The position numbers were made by a program, and so were the translations under genes. The notes beneath the pieces were generated by a model, which saw only the letters and a list, made by a program, of their open reading frames with translations, was not told where the DNA came from and searched no databases. Positions 37,563-51,388 of a stretch of DNA of 64,000 nucleotides are shown piece after piece (within the stretch, counting starts at the first letter, position 1; the number at the start of each line of letters is the position of its first letter). Source of the stretch: Chiloscyllium plagiosum (lineage: Eukaryota); contig NC_057728.1 of the NCBI RefSeq assembly GCF_004010195.1, positions 48,179,521-48,243,520 on the forward strand, given 5' to 3'.

Positions 37563-37702
37563 TAAAAATCACACAACACCACGCCATAGTGTAAAAGGTT
37601 TATTTGGAAGTACTTCCAAATAAACCTGTTGGAACTGTATCCTGATGTTGTGTGACTTTCAACTTTGTCCACCCCAGTCCAACACCGGCACCTCCACATC
37701 AT
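37563..37702 (-). mobile_element. Palindromic PLE-derived element (51211 family), centre deleted
   Basis: AAAAATCACACAACACC..TTTATTTGGAAGTACTTCCAAATAAA..CCCCAGTCCAACACCGGCACCTCCACATCAT. Confidence 0.8.
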
Positions 37703-37883
37703 AAATTAATCTTGTCCCATTTGCCAGCATTTGACCCATATACTTGTTTAGAAAGCTTATAGGATCCTTGGGTTTATAAAGCGAAGCATACAGTATTAAA
37801 GCGAGGAAGTGGTGCTGCATCTCTACAAATCATTGGTCAAATCCTGTTTGGAGTATTGTGTTCAGTTCTGGGTACTTAAATAA

Positions 37884-38111
37884 AGTCGAGAGTGTGATGC
37901 TGGAAAAGCACAGCAGGCCAGGCAGCACCCGAGGAGCAGGAAAAACATTGCCACAGGCACAAGCCCCCCACCAGGAATGATTCCTAGTGAAGGTCCCATG
38001 TGTGAAACACTGAACCCCCCCCCACTCCCCTGGATGCCACCCAACCCACCGCGCCCCTCCAGCACAATTCCCCTGACTCTGAACTCCAGCATCTGCAGTC
38101 CTTAGTTTCTC
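37884..38111. mobile_element. Mini PLE with inverted termini nested in CR1
   Basis: AGTCGAGAGTGTGATGCTGGAAAAGCACAGC on the left and CTCCAGCATCTGCAGTCC on the right. Confidence 0.7.
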
Positions 38112-39187
38112 CCAAGGATGTTAAAGCCCCAGAGTGCATGCAAAAGAGATTTACTGGAATGATACCAGGAATGAGCAATTTCAAATACAAGGCAAGATTG
38201 GAGAAATTGAGCTTATTCTCCTTGGTGCAGAGAAGATTAAGATGTAACATTATTAGGTATTCAAAACTATGAACTTCTTTTTAAGAGTGAAGTGAGGATA
38301 TTCTGCTTCCATTGGTAGGTGTGTCAGTAACTAGGGATCTCAATTTCAAGATCTAGCAAGGGAGCTAGAACGAAATGAGAACTTTTTCACTCGGAGTTTT
38401 CAGAATATGTAACTTGCTGCCTGGGAGAGTGGAGGAGGCAGCTCAAAGATTCCATACATGGTTTCAAAAAAGAGCTGAATATACATTTGAAAGTTATAAA
38501 TTTAAAGAGTCTCCAGTTTTGTCAAAAGGCTGGCAAGCTGCAACATTAACACTTTTTCTCTCTCTCTTCACAAATTCTGCAAGAACCATTGAGTATTTCC
38601 AGCATTTCTTTTGTTTTCATACCAAATTTCCAGCATCCAAAATATTTTGTTTGCACATGACTGCTGTGAAGTTTGCAAAAGTGAACTCCTTCAAAAGAAA
38701 AACAGCATTTCAACCACACAGGATGTCTTAAAAAAATACAATTAGGTCTCACGCCTGCTTGTGAACGCGTTCAGAATGGATGAATGTTCAAGACTGCCAA
38801 TTGTTTAACTCTCTGAAACTTATCTTCGGTATCATATCTGATAAAACATGCACCTGAGGAAATTCACATTGCAATGTGTGAATTTAGCAGCTTTGATCTC
38901 TGATATTTTCTTATGTTTCAGAATGGCAACAAAAGCTGTAATTCTGGTGCAGATTAGTCTATGAAAGAAAAGCTTGCTTTCATATAGCGAATATCCAGCA
39001 GTGTTTGATGTTGAAATATCTTTCTGTAACTTCTATGCAATTCAGTGTCAGACACAACCTATTCAATATGACATTTACATTTCTCAAATCAGCCATTTTC
39101 TAACAGAAAGGCTATTTACTGACAAATCAGCTACATAGCATCAAGCTCAGTGAACTAACTTACATACAAATCAACTATATAGATATA

Positions 39188-39401
39188 TGACTTGGAGATG
39201 CTGGTGTTGGACTGGGGTGTACAAAGTTAAAAATCACACAACACCAGGTTATAGTCCTACAGATTTATTTGGAAGCACTAGCTTTCAGAGTGCTGCTTCT
39301 TCACAACAACCATTCAATGGAGGAGCAGCGCTCTAAAAGGTAGTGCTTCCAAATAAACCTGTTTGACTATAACCTGGTGTTGTGAGATTTTTAACTTTGT
39401 C
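39188..39401. mobile_element. Palindromic PLE-derived element (51211 family), decayed hammerheads
   Basis: ACAAAGTTAAAAATCACACAACACCAGGTTATAGTC and GACTATAACCTGGTGTTGTGAGATTTTTAACTTTGT arms. Confidence 0.85.
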
Positions 39402-40686
39402 CATTGATATATGTTATTGTAAAACCATGTCAGATCTGCTGGTGCTGTTTACCATACTGCTGTAGCACTCCTTGTATTAACTTGGGCTTTATTTGGTATA
39501 TTAAATATGTTGGAAATGATTGTGAATGACCAAACTGAAGATTTGTGTTTTTTCTTACCTTGCACACATTAGCTTTGCAAGCCAATCCTTTAAAGGAGGA
39601 TCCAGCCTTAATTCGAGCAACTGAAGTGACGTGGGGCAATAATAGCACACGTAAGTTAACACATGATATTTATGTAGAATATATTTTGAGCTTAAAAGAC
39701 AAATTTTGTGCTAACTCTGGAAAATAAAACAAAATTCTTTTCCATCCAAGGCATTCTGCTTGATTTCAGACTGAATAGCAGTCCTGGACAGCTCATTGAA
39801 AAGTGAAAGCTGTGGCAGCTAGGGGGAATCTGGGTGGAAAAGACATGTAAAATGTGGCAGGTAGACCAATTACACCATTTCCACTCTGATACAGTTTGAA
39901 AATTCCTAATTTTTCAGGCATTATGAGACACTTGACTGACGTCAGCAGGAATTCCACACATTTAAGCAAATGATGGCCCTATTGTATCAATAGCAGCTCC
40001 ATGCCAGAAGAAAGCTGGGTTGGCTATACCAGGAGATTCCAATCAGATCTGATAATCCAAAGAGTCTTTTTCATACATATGATTTACTTGTGGAGTCAGG
40101 AGGAGCAGGTGTGGCCTTTGTAATTCTTCCTCACCCCAGACTCTCAACCCACACTCAAATTCATAGAATGCTTTGTGGTACCCAAACTTCTGCAATTTCC
40201 CATTGACCTCATGTCCATTTTGGGTGGCAAGGCTGTCAACAACATGTTAATGATGCCCAGAAGTTAAAATTCACACTCATACAATTGTTAGCCTCAGTGG
40301 GTTTCCATTTGGATTGAAACAGTCACTCTGATACTCACAGCCTGATACACTGAATGTATGAAAGGGCCAGCATTTCATGCAGTGATGGTGGCTCTTCAGA
40401 GCAGTGTCATCTGAAAGAATTTTAGAATTAGAATTAGAATTAGGTGCTATTGTCACATGTACTCAAGTACAGGTATATAGGAGTACAGTGAAAAGTTTGC
40501 AATGTTGCCATTCACAATGCATCTTAGATACAAGGTAACAGGGTACAACATCTTAGGTAAAAAGTAGAGAAATAAAGAAATAAGTTAAAAGTTCAACATT
40601 ATAATTCTTTTCAGATAAAATAAAAAGTAAATTTTAAAGTTCCAAATTACAGCCCATCTTTAGCCATGTGCCCACAGTCACTGCAC

Positions 40687-41132
40687 ACTGGGCTCTCCAT
40701 ACAAGGGCTCAATCTCTCTCCCAAACTGGACTCCATCTCTCTCCCCCGCTGGGCTCAATCTCTCTCCCACACTGGGCTTGATCTGTTTCCCAAACTGGGC
40801 TCCATCTCTCTCCCACACTGGGCTCCATCTCTCTCCCACACCTGGCTCCACCTCTCTCCCACACTGGGCTCAATCTGTCTCCTACGCTGGGCTCAATTTC
40901 TCTCCCATGCTGGGGTCCATCTCTCTTCCCCACTGGGCTCCATCTCTCTTCCCTGATGGACTCCATCTCTTTCCCACACTGAGCTCATCTCCCTCTCCCA
41001 CACTGGGCTCAATCTGTCTCCCACACTGGGCTCCATCTCTCTCCCATGCTGGGTCCCATTTCTCTCCCACGCTGGGCTTCATCTCTCGCCCACACTGAGC
41101 TTGTTCTCTCTACCATGCTGGGCTTGATCTCC
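40687..41132. repeat. 23-bp minisatellite, about 19 copies
   Basis: Unit CTGGGCTCCATCTCTCTCCCACA (e.g. 40795, 40818). Confidence 0.92.
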
Positions 41133-41383
41133 ATCCACCACCACCCCTGCTCCCCCACCCTGCACCCCTGCATTACCATCTCGACACAAACTGCCATCCT
41201 CTCTCTTTAAGAAGACTGTATTAGGTCATAGACAATGCGAGTGGTTGCAGATTCTGGGATTTAGTGTTCCCACCTGCATTGTACATCTTTGAATTTTTGC
41301 ATTTAGATGTCCTAGAAATACATTTCTATAAAATACTGTGTCACTTCAGGTCTGATTTCTAAATGTAATGACATTTTATCCAG

Positions 41384-41508
41384 GAGGAGTTACTGAACAA
41401 CTAATCGAGCTGACCACAGAGAGTTCATCATTCTCACCTCCAAGCTCATCCCCAAGGTCAGAAGATTCCTATTCTACAACGACTTCTTTTTATGATCAAA
41501 CTGAAAAG
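41384..41508 (+). CDS. PTPRB: PTPRB exon 3, Ser/Thr-rich linker
   Basis: TTTTATCCAG| acceptor (phase 1) and AAG|GTAAGA donor (phase 0). (G)GVTEQLIELTTESSSFSPPSSSPRSEDSYSTTTSFYDQTEK bridges exon 2 (phase 1) to the FN3 exon (phase 0). Confidence 0.8.
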
Positions 41509-42044
41509 GTAAGAATTGTACAATATTATGATATAAATCAATTGACAACAGCTTTGCAAACGGTAAAGCAAAAAAAGCTACATTGCTGGAGAACAAAAAT
41601 TACATACTTGGTGTTTATGCCAGTTTATTTTAGAATTGGGAATGGGGAATATATGTTGGAAAGGAGAAATAATTCCAATAAAAAAGTTTAGCATAACACA
41701 CTCAATATTCCATTACTAGTGGGAAAGTATGATTTCATTGAAAAAAATTACTTGAAACATTTGTCGATCTTTACTTCACCAGCTGTTCTTAATTCTCATT
41801 TTTGCTAACTGAACCACGATACGGCATGGTTATAATGCTAACATTACCTGACATGTTTTTATGTATTGATCCAGAATTAAAATGGAACCTAGGGATAATT
41901 TTTATGATACTATCGCATATACACACTGGACTTGTTTTTGTTCGATACTGGCAAATGTATTTATTACACCAGTATTTATGAAGGGGAAGAAGACTGTAAG
42001 ATCATTTCTTGTCTTCTTAATACACCATACTAGGCTACTAACAG

Positions 42045-42320
42045 GGCAAATCCAAGACTAAGATAAGGAGGAATTTCTTTCCCCCAGAGGGTTGTGAGTC
42101 TTTGGAACTCCTTGGCACAGAGAGCTGCATGGGCATAGTCCCTGTATATAATAAGGCTGAGATAGATAGATTCTGGATCATTAAAGGAATGAAGGGTTAT
42201 GGGGAAAATTCAGGAAAGTAGACATGAGGAATGTTGGATCAGCCATGATTCTATTGAACGGTAGAGCAAGCTCGATGGGCTGAATGGCTGATTCTATTTC
42301 TTAAGGTCTAATGGTCTTAA
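42045..42320 (+). mobile_element. CR1 LINE 3' fragment
   Basis: EIRRNFFPQRVVSLWNSL, followed by the CR1 3' UTR. Confidence 0.75.
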
Positions 42321-45300
42321 CAGGTAGGTATCAGTTCTTTTGGATATACATTAGGTTTGAACACCATTTTATAGCATGGGATGTGTGAGTGAAAGACTAT
42401 TTTAAAGCAAGTAGAAAAGATAGAGCAAAAGGCACTGGATGATTTTCTGCTCCATGGGCAGGCAAAATCCCATTCTGAACTTGGAAAGCTGACTGCAAGG
42501 AAATTTTCAATGAGTCTGCAGGTGAAAGGCCTGTCTAATGGACTCTTGTAACTATGTCCTAGGGTTTATTTACTGGATACTTAAGTTTTTGTGAGCTGAA
42601 ATGATATATGCAAATCTTTTGCTCTGGGTTGCTTTGTTAGTAGAAGAATGTTTACCAGTAATTCTTCAAGCTGATATATGATTAATGAAAGAGGAGGAAT
42701 TGCAAAGGAATGACAGGCCAGTCACACTGCTCTGTGGGTTTCTGTTAGCTTTTGCATGCTGACAACCCATACAGCTGCAGAGAATGTACGTGTGCTTCAC
42801 CTTATTATGTATAATGTGGTAAAGGTTCCATTGTCAAAGATGGCAGTGCCAATAGATTGCAGTGCCATGACAATGAGAAGTGAATGCTTGACTAAGCACA
42901 CTGCTCAAAGGTACTTTAAAAACATAGTGGTCATACTTGGTTAGGCTTTTTGTGAAGGAAGGCATATTATAGTTCAGGAGACAACCTAGCCCATTTACTC
43001 CAATTTGCTTTTGTGAATAAATAAAAACATTTTATTAGACACCACATGATCTATCACAAGGACAAATCAAAATGAGACCATTTTACATTTTTAACAAGGT
43101 ATTAAAAAACTGTGAGCAAGTTCTTTTTATTGAAGAGGTACTGATCCATCTAACAGCACAAGAATCTAGGCTGCTTTTTGACACTGAAAATAACAGTTAA
43201 TATGTCATCAGAAAAAGAGACATCTATGGTGACCATTGAGAATTGTATAAGAAATACAGAATGTAACTAATTTAGATGTTCAGTCTGGACGAATGTAGAG
43301 TGGTAAAGAGTAAGTACATGCATATGTAAAATTTTAATTATTATTACGTACTCAGTTTCCAACTTATTGTCATCAGTGAAAAAGGAGAAAGATCCAATTT
43401 ATTTACCAATGTCCCTGATTCTTGAAATTCTTCAGAAATAAAATTCACTGATCAACAGAAGATCTGTTGTTGACTGAATGTGTTCTATTAAACATTGATA
43501 TTTCAGCAAATGTGCTTTCATGGGATGAAAACATACTAGTGACCTAAACAATTCCAGAAATTAAGTACTTATTCACAAGCATGAATAAACACATTTCTTC
43601 TTAAAATATTTGCTGACTTTATGCATTTGACTCAAATTTGCCAGTTTATTGTATCAGTGTCCATTTCTTTTGTTCCATAATGCATTGCAAAAAGACCACA
43701 AGTTTACCAACTGTTTGGACAAAATACAGAGTATCCATGCAACCAGAAGCCAGTCAGGGGTTGTATATGTGATTCAGAATCTAAGATTGTTTTGTGGGAA
43801 CCAATATTTCTGTAGACACTATGGTAAACAATTAGACCACAAAAAGCTTCAGCATGCGTAGCAGTTTTCTGGCCAATAAGCTCAATCTAATTGATGGTTT
43901 GGATGTTATTTCAAAGTAGGCTGACCCTGTGTAATGCAAAACCTCTCTAACTTGATAATATTTATTTCTGAAGAGTGCAAAGAACTAAGGAATTTTGGAA
44001 ATATATTTGAGCTTGTTATGCAACCATACTTGTTCTCTTGAAGAATATCAAAGATGAAAAATTAAAAGGTAATTATATCAGATTTCTAATTCTGAACATG
44101 TTTTGCAATCTATATAAAAATGAATTGTCTCTCTGTAATAAAGAGAAATGCCTATAGTCCTTTGTAAAATTGGTAATTATTTAATTGCTTACTTACAACA
44201 CTCACCAATGTCACAAAGTGTTACTCACATTGAAGTTCCAGTATTTGTAAAATGCTGTGAAGTTTTACCGTTCACACCTTCCATTCATTAATTCACGTAT
44301 CAGCACAAAACATGTGTCACATAACCCATTATCATTTCAACATTTGCTCATCTATGAGATTTTTGAACAAAAAGTGCTGTCTAAGGGTATTTTAATAAAG
44401 AACCTCCCAATGCCAAGTGTAGGCTCTTAGACACTGATATAATGGTGGTGTATTGTCTCTCTAGGAGTGGAGCATGCACGCTGATGTGTTAGGTGCCATG
44501 TTGCACTTGGGCCCATATTATCATAATTTGTGATTCGTGCTATATGCAGCTGCAGTGGTAAATAGTACAATGCATCACTATATTTTTGCACTATTTCTCC
44601 AAGAGAACATCATTATGTTCAACAAACATATTGCCTTAAGCAAATTTTATTGGATTTTATCTTCCACAGTGTTGTTTATGCACCATAATGTTTGATGTTT
44701 GGAAACTATCAAATTTGCGCCCATTATCATATGTTGGCTGTTCATGAATTTGCTGTTTGCAAGATTTTGCATGAACATAGCCCCTACAAATGGCATAGTT
44801 TTACTCTGCTATGAATGAGTGATTAGTTACGTAATTAAAATTTGGCATGCATTATATCGAGGAAGATATGGATGGTCTTCAAATATCCAAGTATCAATCA
44901 AATTCCAGTAAATAAATAAATTGCCTATAAATATAAAACATAATTTGAAAATATTGACAAAATCCAAATTTTGATGGCTGTCAAAGTTAACATGAAATCA
45001 ACCTCTAATAGCTGAGCTAGGAGTCTTCATTTTGCATCATCACTACATCAATAGAAACGTTGGAAATCTGTAGGCATCCTTAGTTCTTTGCAGTAATCAT
45101 GAGAAGTGTCATTTACCCTTTAATTCTCATGATGTGCAATGCTGTTATAAATTTTGAGACTCTATTTTACTGTATTAAAAGCTATGAATACTAACACAAT
45201 TTCACAACATCACAATTGGTCTGATTGTACTGCCATAAAGTGCCTTCTGATTATTTCCATCATTAAAGATTCTGCAAAATCCAAGTTGTATTGATATTTT

Positions 45301-47596
45301 AAAAGGAATTTGGTTATTGAGTCAATAATCAAAAGTCATAGGTTTAAAATCATTGTCAAAAGAACAATGGGAGTTGAGTTTTTTTCAGTTAAAGTTATCA
45401 GATCTGAAACACTTTGTCTAAAAAAAGTGGTGGAAGCTAATTCCATGAATAACTTTAAAGGTGAATTGGGCAAGTACTGAGAGATTAGTAAATTCAGGGT
45501 TACTATCAAAAAAGCATGAATGTGGGACTCTGTATGATTACTTCTCAAAGTGATTACTCAAAGGGCTGGATTACCTCCTTCTGCAGTGCATGCCTCTAAA
45601 ATTCATGTTAGACCAGCTGCATAATTTTGAGCATCCCTTGAGTTTTTAAAGTGCCCCTCGTGAGTTTAGGAATTTCACAAAAATGTAATCAGTGCCACAG
45701 AGAATTGCACCTTTATGATAAAAGTTTAGGGCCAGGAAGCAGTATAACAGGGAAGTCACATTGTGAAAATTTAGGATAAATGGTATCTGTACCTGTACCT
45801 ACAACAATAAAATGTTCAACCTTACACTTACCTTGTATTCCAGACTATCATGTTAGATACTGATTTCTTTTCAGAAGTTTAGTTAATTTATTCTGAATAT
45901 TTAACTTTTTTAAAAAGGCTTGGATTTATTGTAATTAGCATTTGCTTATTTCATTTGTCTAGGTCGTGATTTTACAGTTGACTATCCAAATAGACAAGAG
46001 TTGCAAACAATTTATTTTCTTAATGGTCAGCTGATTTCTGAATTCGCAGTTCAGCCAGTAAGTCTGCAGGTACTGGAGGTCTCAAACCTAAACAGAAATT
46101 GCTGGTGAACAGAACTTGCTGAGTTTCACCTACAATTTCTGTTTTTGTCAATGTGTGCGGTTGGACTATGTGCCTTTTGAAGTTGAACATTATCTATTTT
46201 GAGAAGACCAATCGCATCAGTTCTAATAGCATACCATGGTGCCTCCTTGTCCTTTATATATCAGTAACATGAATACACTTTCTTTACTCTCTCTGCTTGC
46301 CTGCTTGCCCTGCAACAAAGCTCTTGGGTAGCTGACTTGCTTCCAATTTTCTGAGAATGATATTTTGCGTTAACCACAGGAAGATATATGACAACAGGCA
46401 GCCACAATGGTCTCCTTTCCTTGTTATGGGTAAAACTATTGCCTCAATTCACTACCTTTCCACAACGGTATGATATTGATCAAGAATTACTTCTACTTTA
46501 TAGATAATACTTAAACCTTGAAGCTTCCAGTTTCTTCTCCATAAGGCATAGTATTGATTCTAGAAAAGATTGAAAGTTGAGTCAATATTGGTGAACTTTA
46601 AATCTAAAATCTTTGGCACACAAATGCAACATTCAAGTGATTCAACATCTGACCATGTACAATACGAAAGTATTAATTATCACCACAATTATTATGTAAC
46701 ATATCCTAAAGTCTAAGCTAAAAATCTGAAGATGATGAGTTTAAATCTTACCCAGTATCTGGGGAAATTGAGTTAATTGAATAAGTAAATTTTAACTTAA
46801 AAGAACTAATATCTGCAAAGGTGACCTTGGTGACTATACAACATGATTGTTATAAAAACCCATTAAGGTCACTAATAACCTTTCGAGAAGGTAATCTGCC
46901 ATCCTTACCTAATCAGGCCTACATGTAACTCCAGACCCATAGAAATGTGATTGACTCTGAACTACCGTGTGAACTGGCCTTGCCAGCAGTGCCTACCTCG
47001 TATCAGTCCCAAAACTGGTCAAATTCCACCATAACCTAATCGTTACAAATGAAGAATCATCCAAAACTGACTTTTTTTGCAGGTAAATGATGACCTGTTC
47101 TTAAGGGTGAAGGTGTTTCTGAATAAGATATTAATTTGAATACATTTTTTTTCCTGTGGCTGACTGAAAAATCAAGAATGACTAGTTGCAATAATGAGCA
47201 GTTTATAGTGTTCAAGCAGCCAAGCAAGTAATGTCATTATTTTACAATCCATTTAGGAAGGTTATTAGTGTGCAAGCTGTGGCAGTACAAACCACAATGG
47301 AATAATCAGAAGAATAGATACAGTCGAGCTTTGAAGAGAAGCTTTGTGGTATTGATGGAATCTGCTAACCAGACATACAGTGCACCAGCAAATGGTAGAC
47401 AATATAATTACAGTGACCACGACATTCTAGACATGGAAAGAAGTGAACAAGTAACCAGATAACCTCAACAAAGGATGTTAATAAGTGTGACCATTATATT
47501 AATATGGCTGTGATAGCTTTATGATACAATACAATACAGCACAGGAACAGGCCCTTTCGCCCACCAAGCCAATTCCAATTCCTAGTCTTTATTTAG

Positions 47597-48577
47597 GAGA
47601 AAGACTCCAGTGCATCTCCTCCACTTCCCGCACCTCTGCCCTTGAGCACTACTCCTCAAACTGCAATAAGGTCAGAACCCCTCCCCCCAATCCTCACCTT
47701 CCACACCACCAACCTCCAGATACAACGCATCATCCTCTGCCATTTCCGCCATTCACAGTCAGACCCAACTACCAGAGATATATATCCCTCCCCACCGCAT
47801 TCTGCAAAGGCCATTCCCTCCATGACTCCCTCGTTTGGTCCACGCCCACCACCAAACCATCCTCCATTCCTGGCACCGTCCCTTGCCACTGCGCCCACCC
47901 CTCCCCTCCCCCTCACCTCCATCCAAGGACCCAAAAGATCCTTTCACATCTGGCAGAGATTTTCCTGCTCCTCCAAATATCTCATCGACTGTGTCTGTTG
48001 CTCTCGATGTGGTCTCCTCTAATTTGGGGAGACAGGACGCCAACTTGCGGAGCATTTCAGAGAACATCTGTGGGACACACGCACTGAACAACCCCACTGC
48101 CCTGTGGCCAATCACTTCAACTCCCCCTCCCACTCCGCCAAGGACATCCAAGTCCTGGGCCTCCTCCACTGTCAAATCCTAGCTAGCCAACAAATGGAGG
48201 AAGAACACTTCATCTTCCACCTTGGGACCCTCCAACCACACGGAGGGTCCTGTTTCCTCGTCTCTCCTCCCCTCACCTTATCTGATATCCAACCCTCCAA
48301 CTCGGGTCTGCCCTCTTGAACTATCCTACCAGTCCATCTTCCTTCACACCTATCCATTCCACCCTCTGGTCTGACCTATCACCATCACACCCCACCTTCA
48401 TCTACCTATTGCATTCCCAGCTACCTTACCCCCAGGCCCACCACCCTCCCGTTTATCTTTCAGCCACCTTGGGACCCCCATATTCTTGATGAAGAGTTTA
48501 TGCTCGAAATATTAACTCTCCTGCTCCTCAGATGCTGCTTTAACGGATGTGCTTTTCTAGCGCCATATGTTTTGATT
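47597..48577 (+). mobile_element. 5'-truncated Penelope-like element (GIY-YIG remnant); perfect 15-bp TSD; nested in a minus-strand CR1 tail
   Basis: IQGPKRSFHIWQRFSCSSKYLIDCVCCSRCGLL*FGETGR..EH. TSD CTAGTCTTTATTTAG at 47582-47596 and 48578-48592. Confidence 0.88.
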
Positions 48578-49040
48578 CTAGTCTTTATTTAGAATCACTA
48601 TTTATTGCCATACCCAGTTTCTATCCCTCTGTTTGCCTCCTGTTCATGTGTCTTTCAAAATGCACCTTAAATTTTGCTAACATGCCTGCTTCCAACACCT
48701 CGACTGGCAGTCCATTCCAGGCATCCACCACCCTCTAGGTGAAGCATTTTTCATGCACTTTACTCCTAATCTCCCCCCTCTCACCTTGAACAAGTTTTGT
48801 TTCCATTCCATCTCCATAACTTCACCACAAGAGTAATGGAGACCACATTTGTATGCATGAGTGGGAATTCTGACAAAGTTATATGTACAAGTCTGAGGAA
48901 ATACTAACAAAGAGACAATTAAAGTGCATAAACAATATGATCAGGCAAATGAAGCACTTGTCTCTGCCATCTCTAGCTTTAGCTGCATTGTATTTTATAG
49001 CACGTTTTAAGGTTGCACCATGGTCCGAAGTGAAATACAG

Positions 49041-49447
49041 GTGGAGGTGGGTACTGCAGATGCTGGAGATTAGAGTCAACATTAGAGTGGTGCTGGAGAA
49101 GCACAGCAGGTCGGGCAGCATCCGAGGAGTAGGAAAATCGATGTTTCAGTCAAAAGCCTCGGAATGGAAAGATACATGGGAGGGGGTGGAGTTGGGGAGA
49201 AGGTAGCTGAGAGTGCAATAGGTGGATGGAGGTGGGGGTAAAGGTGATAGGTCAGAGAGGAGGGGGGAGCAGATAGGTGGGATGGAAGATTGACAGGTGG
49301 GACAGGTCATGAGGACGGTGCTGAGCTGGAAGGTTGACACTGGGGTAAGGTAGGGGGAGGGGAAATGAGGAAACTGGTGAAGTCCACATTGATGCCATGG
49401 GGTTGGAGGGTCCCGAAGCGAAAGATGAGGCATTCTCACGGCTGTGA
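49041..49447 (-). mobile_element. PLE 3' end fragment; perfect 14-bp TSD
   Basis: Reverse complement of the PLE tail. TSD GAAGTGAAATACAG at 49027-49040 and 49448-49461. Confidence 0.85.
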
Positions 49448-50367
49448 GAAGTGAAATACAGCCAACTTATGAAGTGTAATCACTGTATAAGGAAACATAG
49501 CAGCTAATTTGCAATAATGGAGGGTGTTCTTTGCTTGAAGGTGTTCTCTGATATATGGTTACCTGTAAGATATATTTCAACTCAACAAATTTCCACATCT
49601 TATGAACTCTATGATACAGGAAGTAATTGCACTGGGATCATCATCGATTGCCTTTTGATGACTTTGAGGATCTTAATACCAATGAAGGATTCAGATCATC
49701 TTTAGCATGTTATGGCCATATTTACATAGGTGTTCACAGGTCTTTGCCTGCTACCCCCAGCTCATTCTGAGTTCTGAACAATGCTTACACAAGCTCATGT
49801 ACAGATTTATTTAGTAGTCCACAGCAGGGTGATCTTGGAGTTGGCACACATATTGGCAACTGGTACTTGGTAATGTAACAACCAAGTGACAGATGCCAGC
49901 AATACAGATAGTACTGAGGTCACAGAGGCAGTGGTGACTGCATCAATGCTGGGTAAGAGATATCACAGAAAGAAATAGTCTTCCATCTGAATCCATTGTA
50001 ATTAATCTTACCACTACAGTAGAAGTCCTCTTAATCATGGTGGATGTGAGCATCAGCAGCTGGATTTGTGTAAAAATTCAAAACACAGCAAAGGAAACCA
50101 GATAGAATAGAGAAATGAATACTTGTTCATAAAACAAATGGTATAATGGTTTATCCATGTGACCATACCCTTCCATGAAATTCTGTTATATTGTGAAAAA
50201 GTAGAAGACAAATCAAGAGTTTATGGATATGCAGACTACATGTAAATGAAACAGTGGATTCTGTTGGCCAATGTTAGGCAAAATGCTGTGAATTGAATTG
50301 GTTCCCGTCTTATTGCTTTTCATTGTTTTGCACTGACACAGCCTCTTGTGTAGCTTTGTCGCACACA

Positions 50368-50500
50368 GTTCTGATGAAGAGCCACTGGACTCAGAACATC
50401 AACTCTGCTTTCTCTCCACAGATGCTGCCAGACCAGTTGAGTTTTTCCAGCAATTTCTATATTTTTTATTCCCAGCATCCACAGTTCTTTGGGGTTTTTT
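50368..50500 (+). mobile_element. Mini PLE terminus with decayed hammerhead
   Basis: GTTCTGATGAAGAGCCACTGGACTCAGAACATCAACTCTG..CAGATGCTGCCAGACC..TCCAGCAATTTC. Confidence 0.7.
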
Positions 50501-51299
50501 TTTGTCACACCATTGTTTCTTTATTCATGAACCACAATTTATGGAACATAAATAAAACTTCAATGTTTTTTGTTCACCTTGTAAGAGTGTGCAGCATAGC
50601 CCTTTGTAGCACTGTAAAGATCTGAACTATTGCCTTAGTATAATAATTATATTCTCTGAGATGAGCTTGATTAGAGTTGTTTGCAATGCAAATTTAAACA
50701 ACCATTATTTTAGCATTACCTCATATTTCCCAGGAATGATCTATTCAATCTATTATCTTCCAAAGATAGTAGAGGATTGCCTCACTAATCAAGTACGTAA
50801 GATATGTAGTGCTCTTCCACCTAAAAGAAGATTACTATTTGCCTGTAAATTATTGTCAGTAAATTGGTGTCTTAACAGAATAAACAATTTGCACTTTCAG
50901 GAATCAATACTTTTATCTTTAAAAACGCTATTGGAATAATGGTGAATTCTCAACTGGCAACATGGGCAGAGTTCACAATGCCTCTATTATTGACGATTTA
51001 TCAAATTGACAACAGCTTTTGATAAGAGTTTTTTGCTAAATTTAATGTCCATTCATGTGTATAAAAATAAAATTTAGCTATCCATCTTATTCATCATTGG
51101 TTAACTGTAATACTCTTCCCTGCACTTTTAGAGTCTTCTGGTCAGAAGAAAATATTCAATTCTATTCTGTTTATTGCTATAACTAAAGCAATTCATATTA
51201 AAGAAGTCATGATTTGGAGATGTTGGTGTTGGACTGGGGTGTACAAAGTTAAAAATCACACAACACCAGGTTATAGTCCAACAGGTTTAATTGGAAGCA

Positions 51300-51334
51300 C
51301 ACTAGCTTTCGAAGCGATGCTCCTTCATCAGGTG
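51300..51334 (-). ncRNA. Minimal type I hammerhead ribozyme motif (best preserved copy)
   Basis: Minus strand CAC-CUGAUGA-A-GGAGC-AUC-GCUUC-GAAA-GCUA^GUG: intact core, stem II, palindromic AGCU stem III and a CAC/GUG stem I. Confidence 0.75.
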
Positions 51335-51352
51335 ATTGTCTGATCAGACAAC

Positions 51353-51388
51353 CACCTGATGAAGGAGCGACGTTCCGAAAGCTATGTG
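51353..51388 (+). ncRNA. Minimal type I hammerhead motif, 1-nt insertion after the cleavage triplet
   Basis: CAC-CUGAUGA-A-GGAGC-GAC-GUUCC-GAAA-GCUA-U-GUG. Confidence 0.65.

Larger units (their letters stand above)
35600..38480 (+). mobile_element. Old, nearly full-length CR1 LINE (ORF1 SGNH esterase, APE endonuclease, RT) with nested inserts
   Basis: VVLVGDSI and VILVHMGTNNV (esterase), LNCMDINAQSIMNKIGEL (endonuclease), DVVYLDIQKA and KFADDTNLG (RT) occur in order, all decayed. Confidence 0.8.

Noticed and set aside
40666..41197. Repetitive ORFs or a CRISPR-like array
   Set aside because: Contiguous 23-bp minisatellite without unique spacers, in a vertebrate intron.
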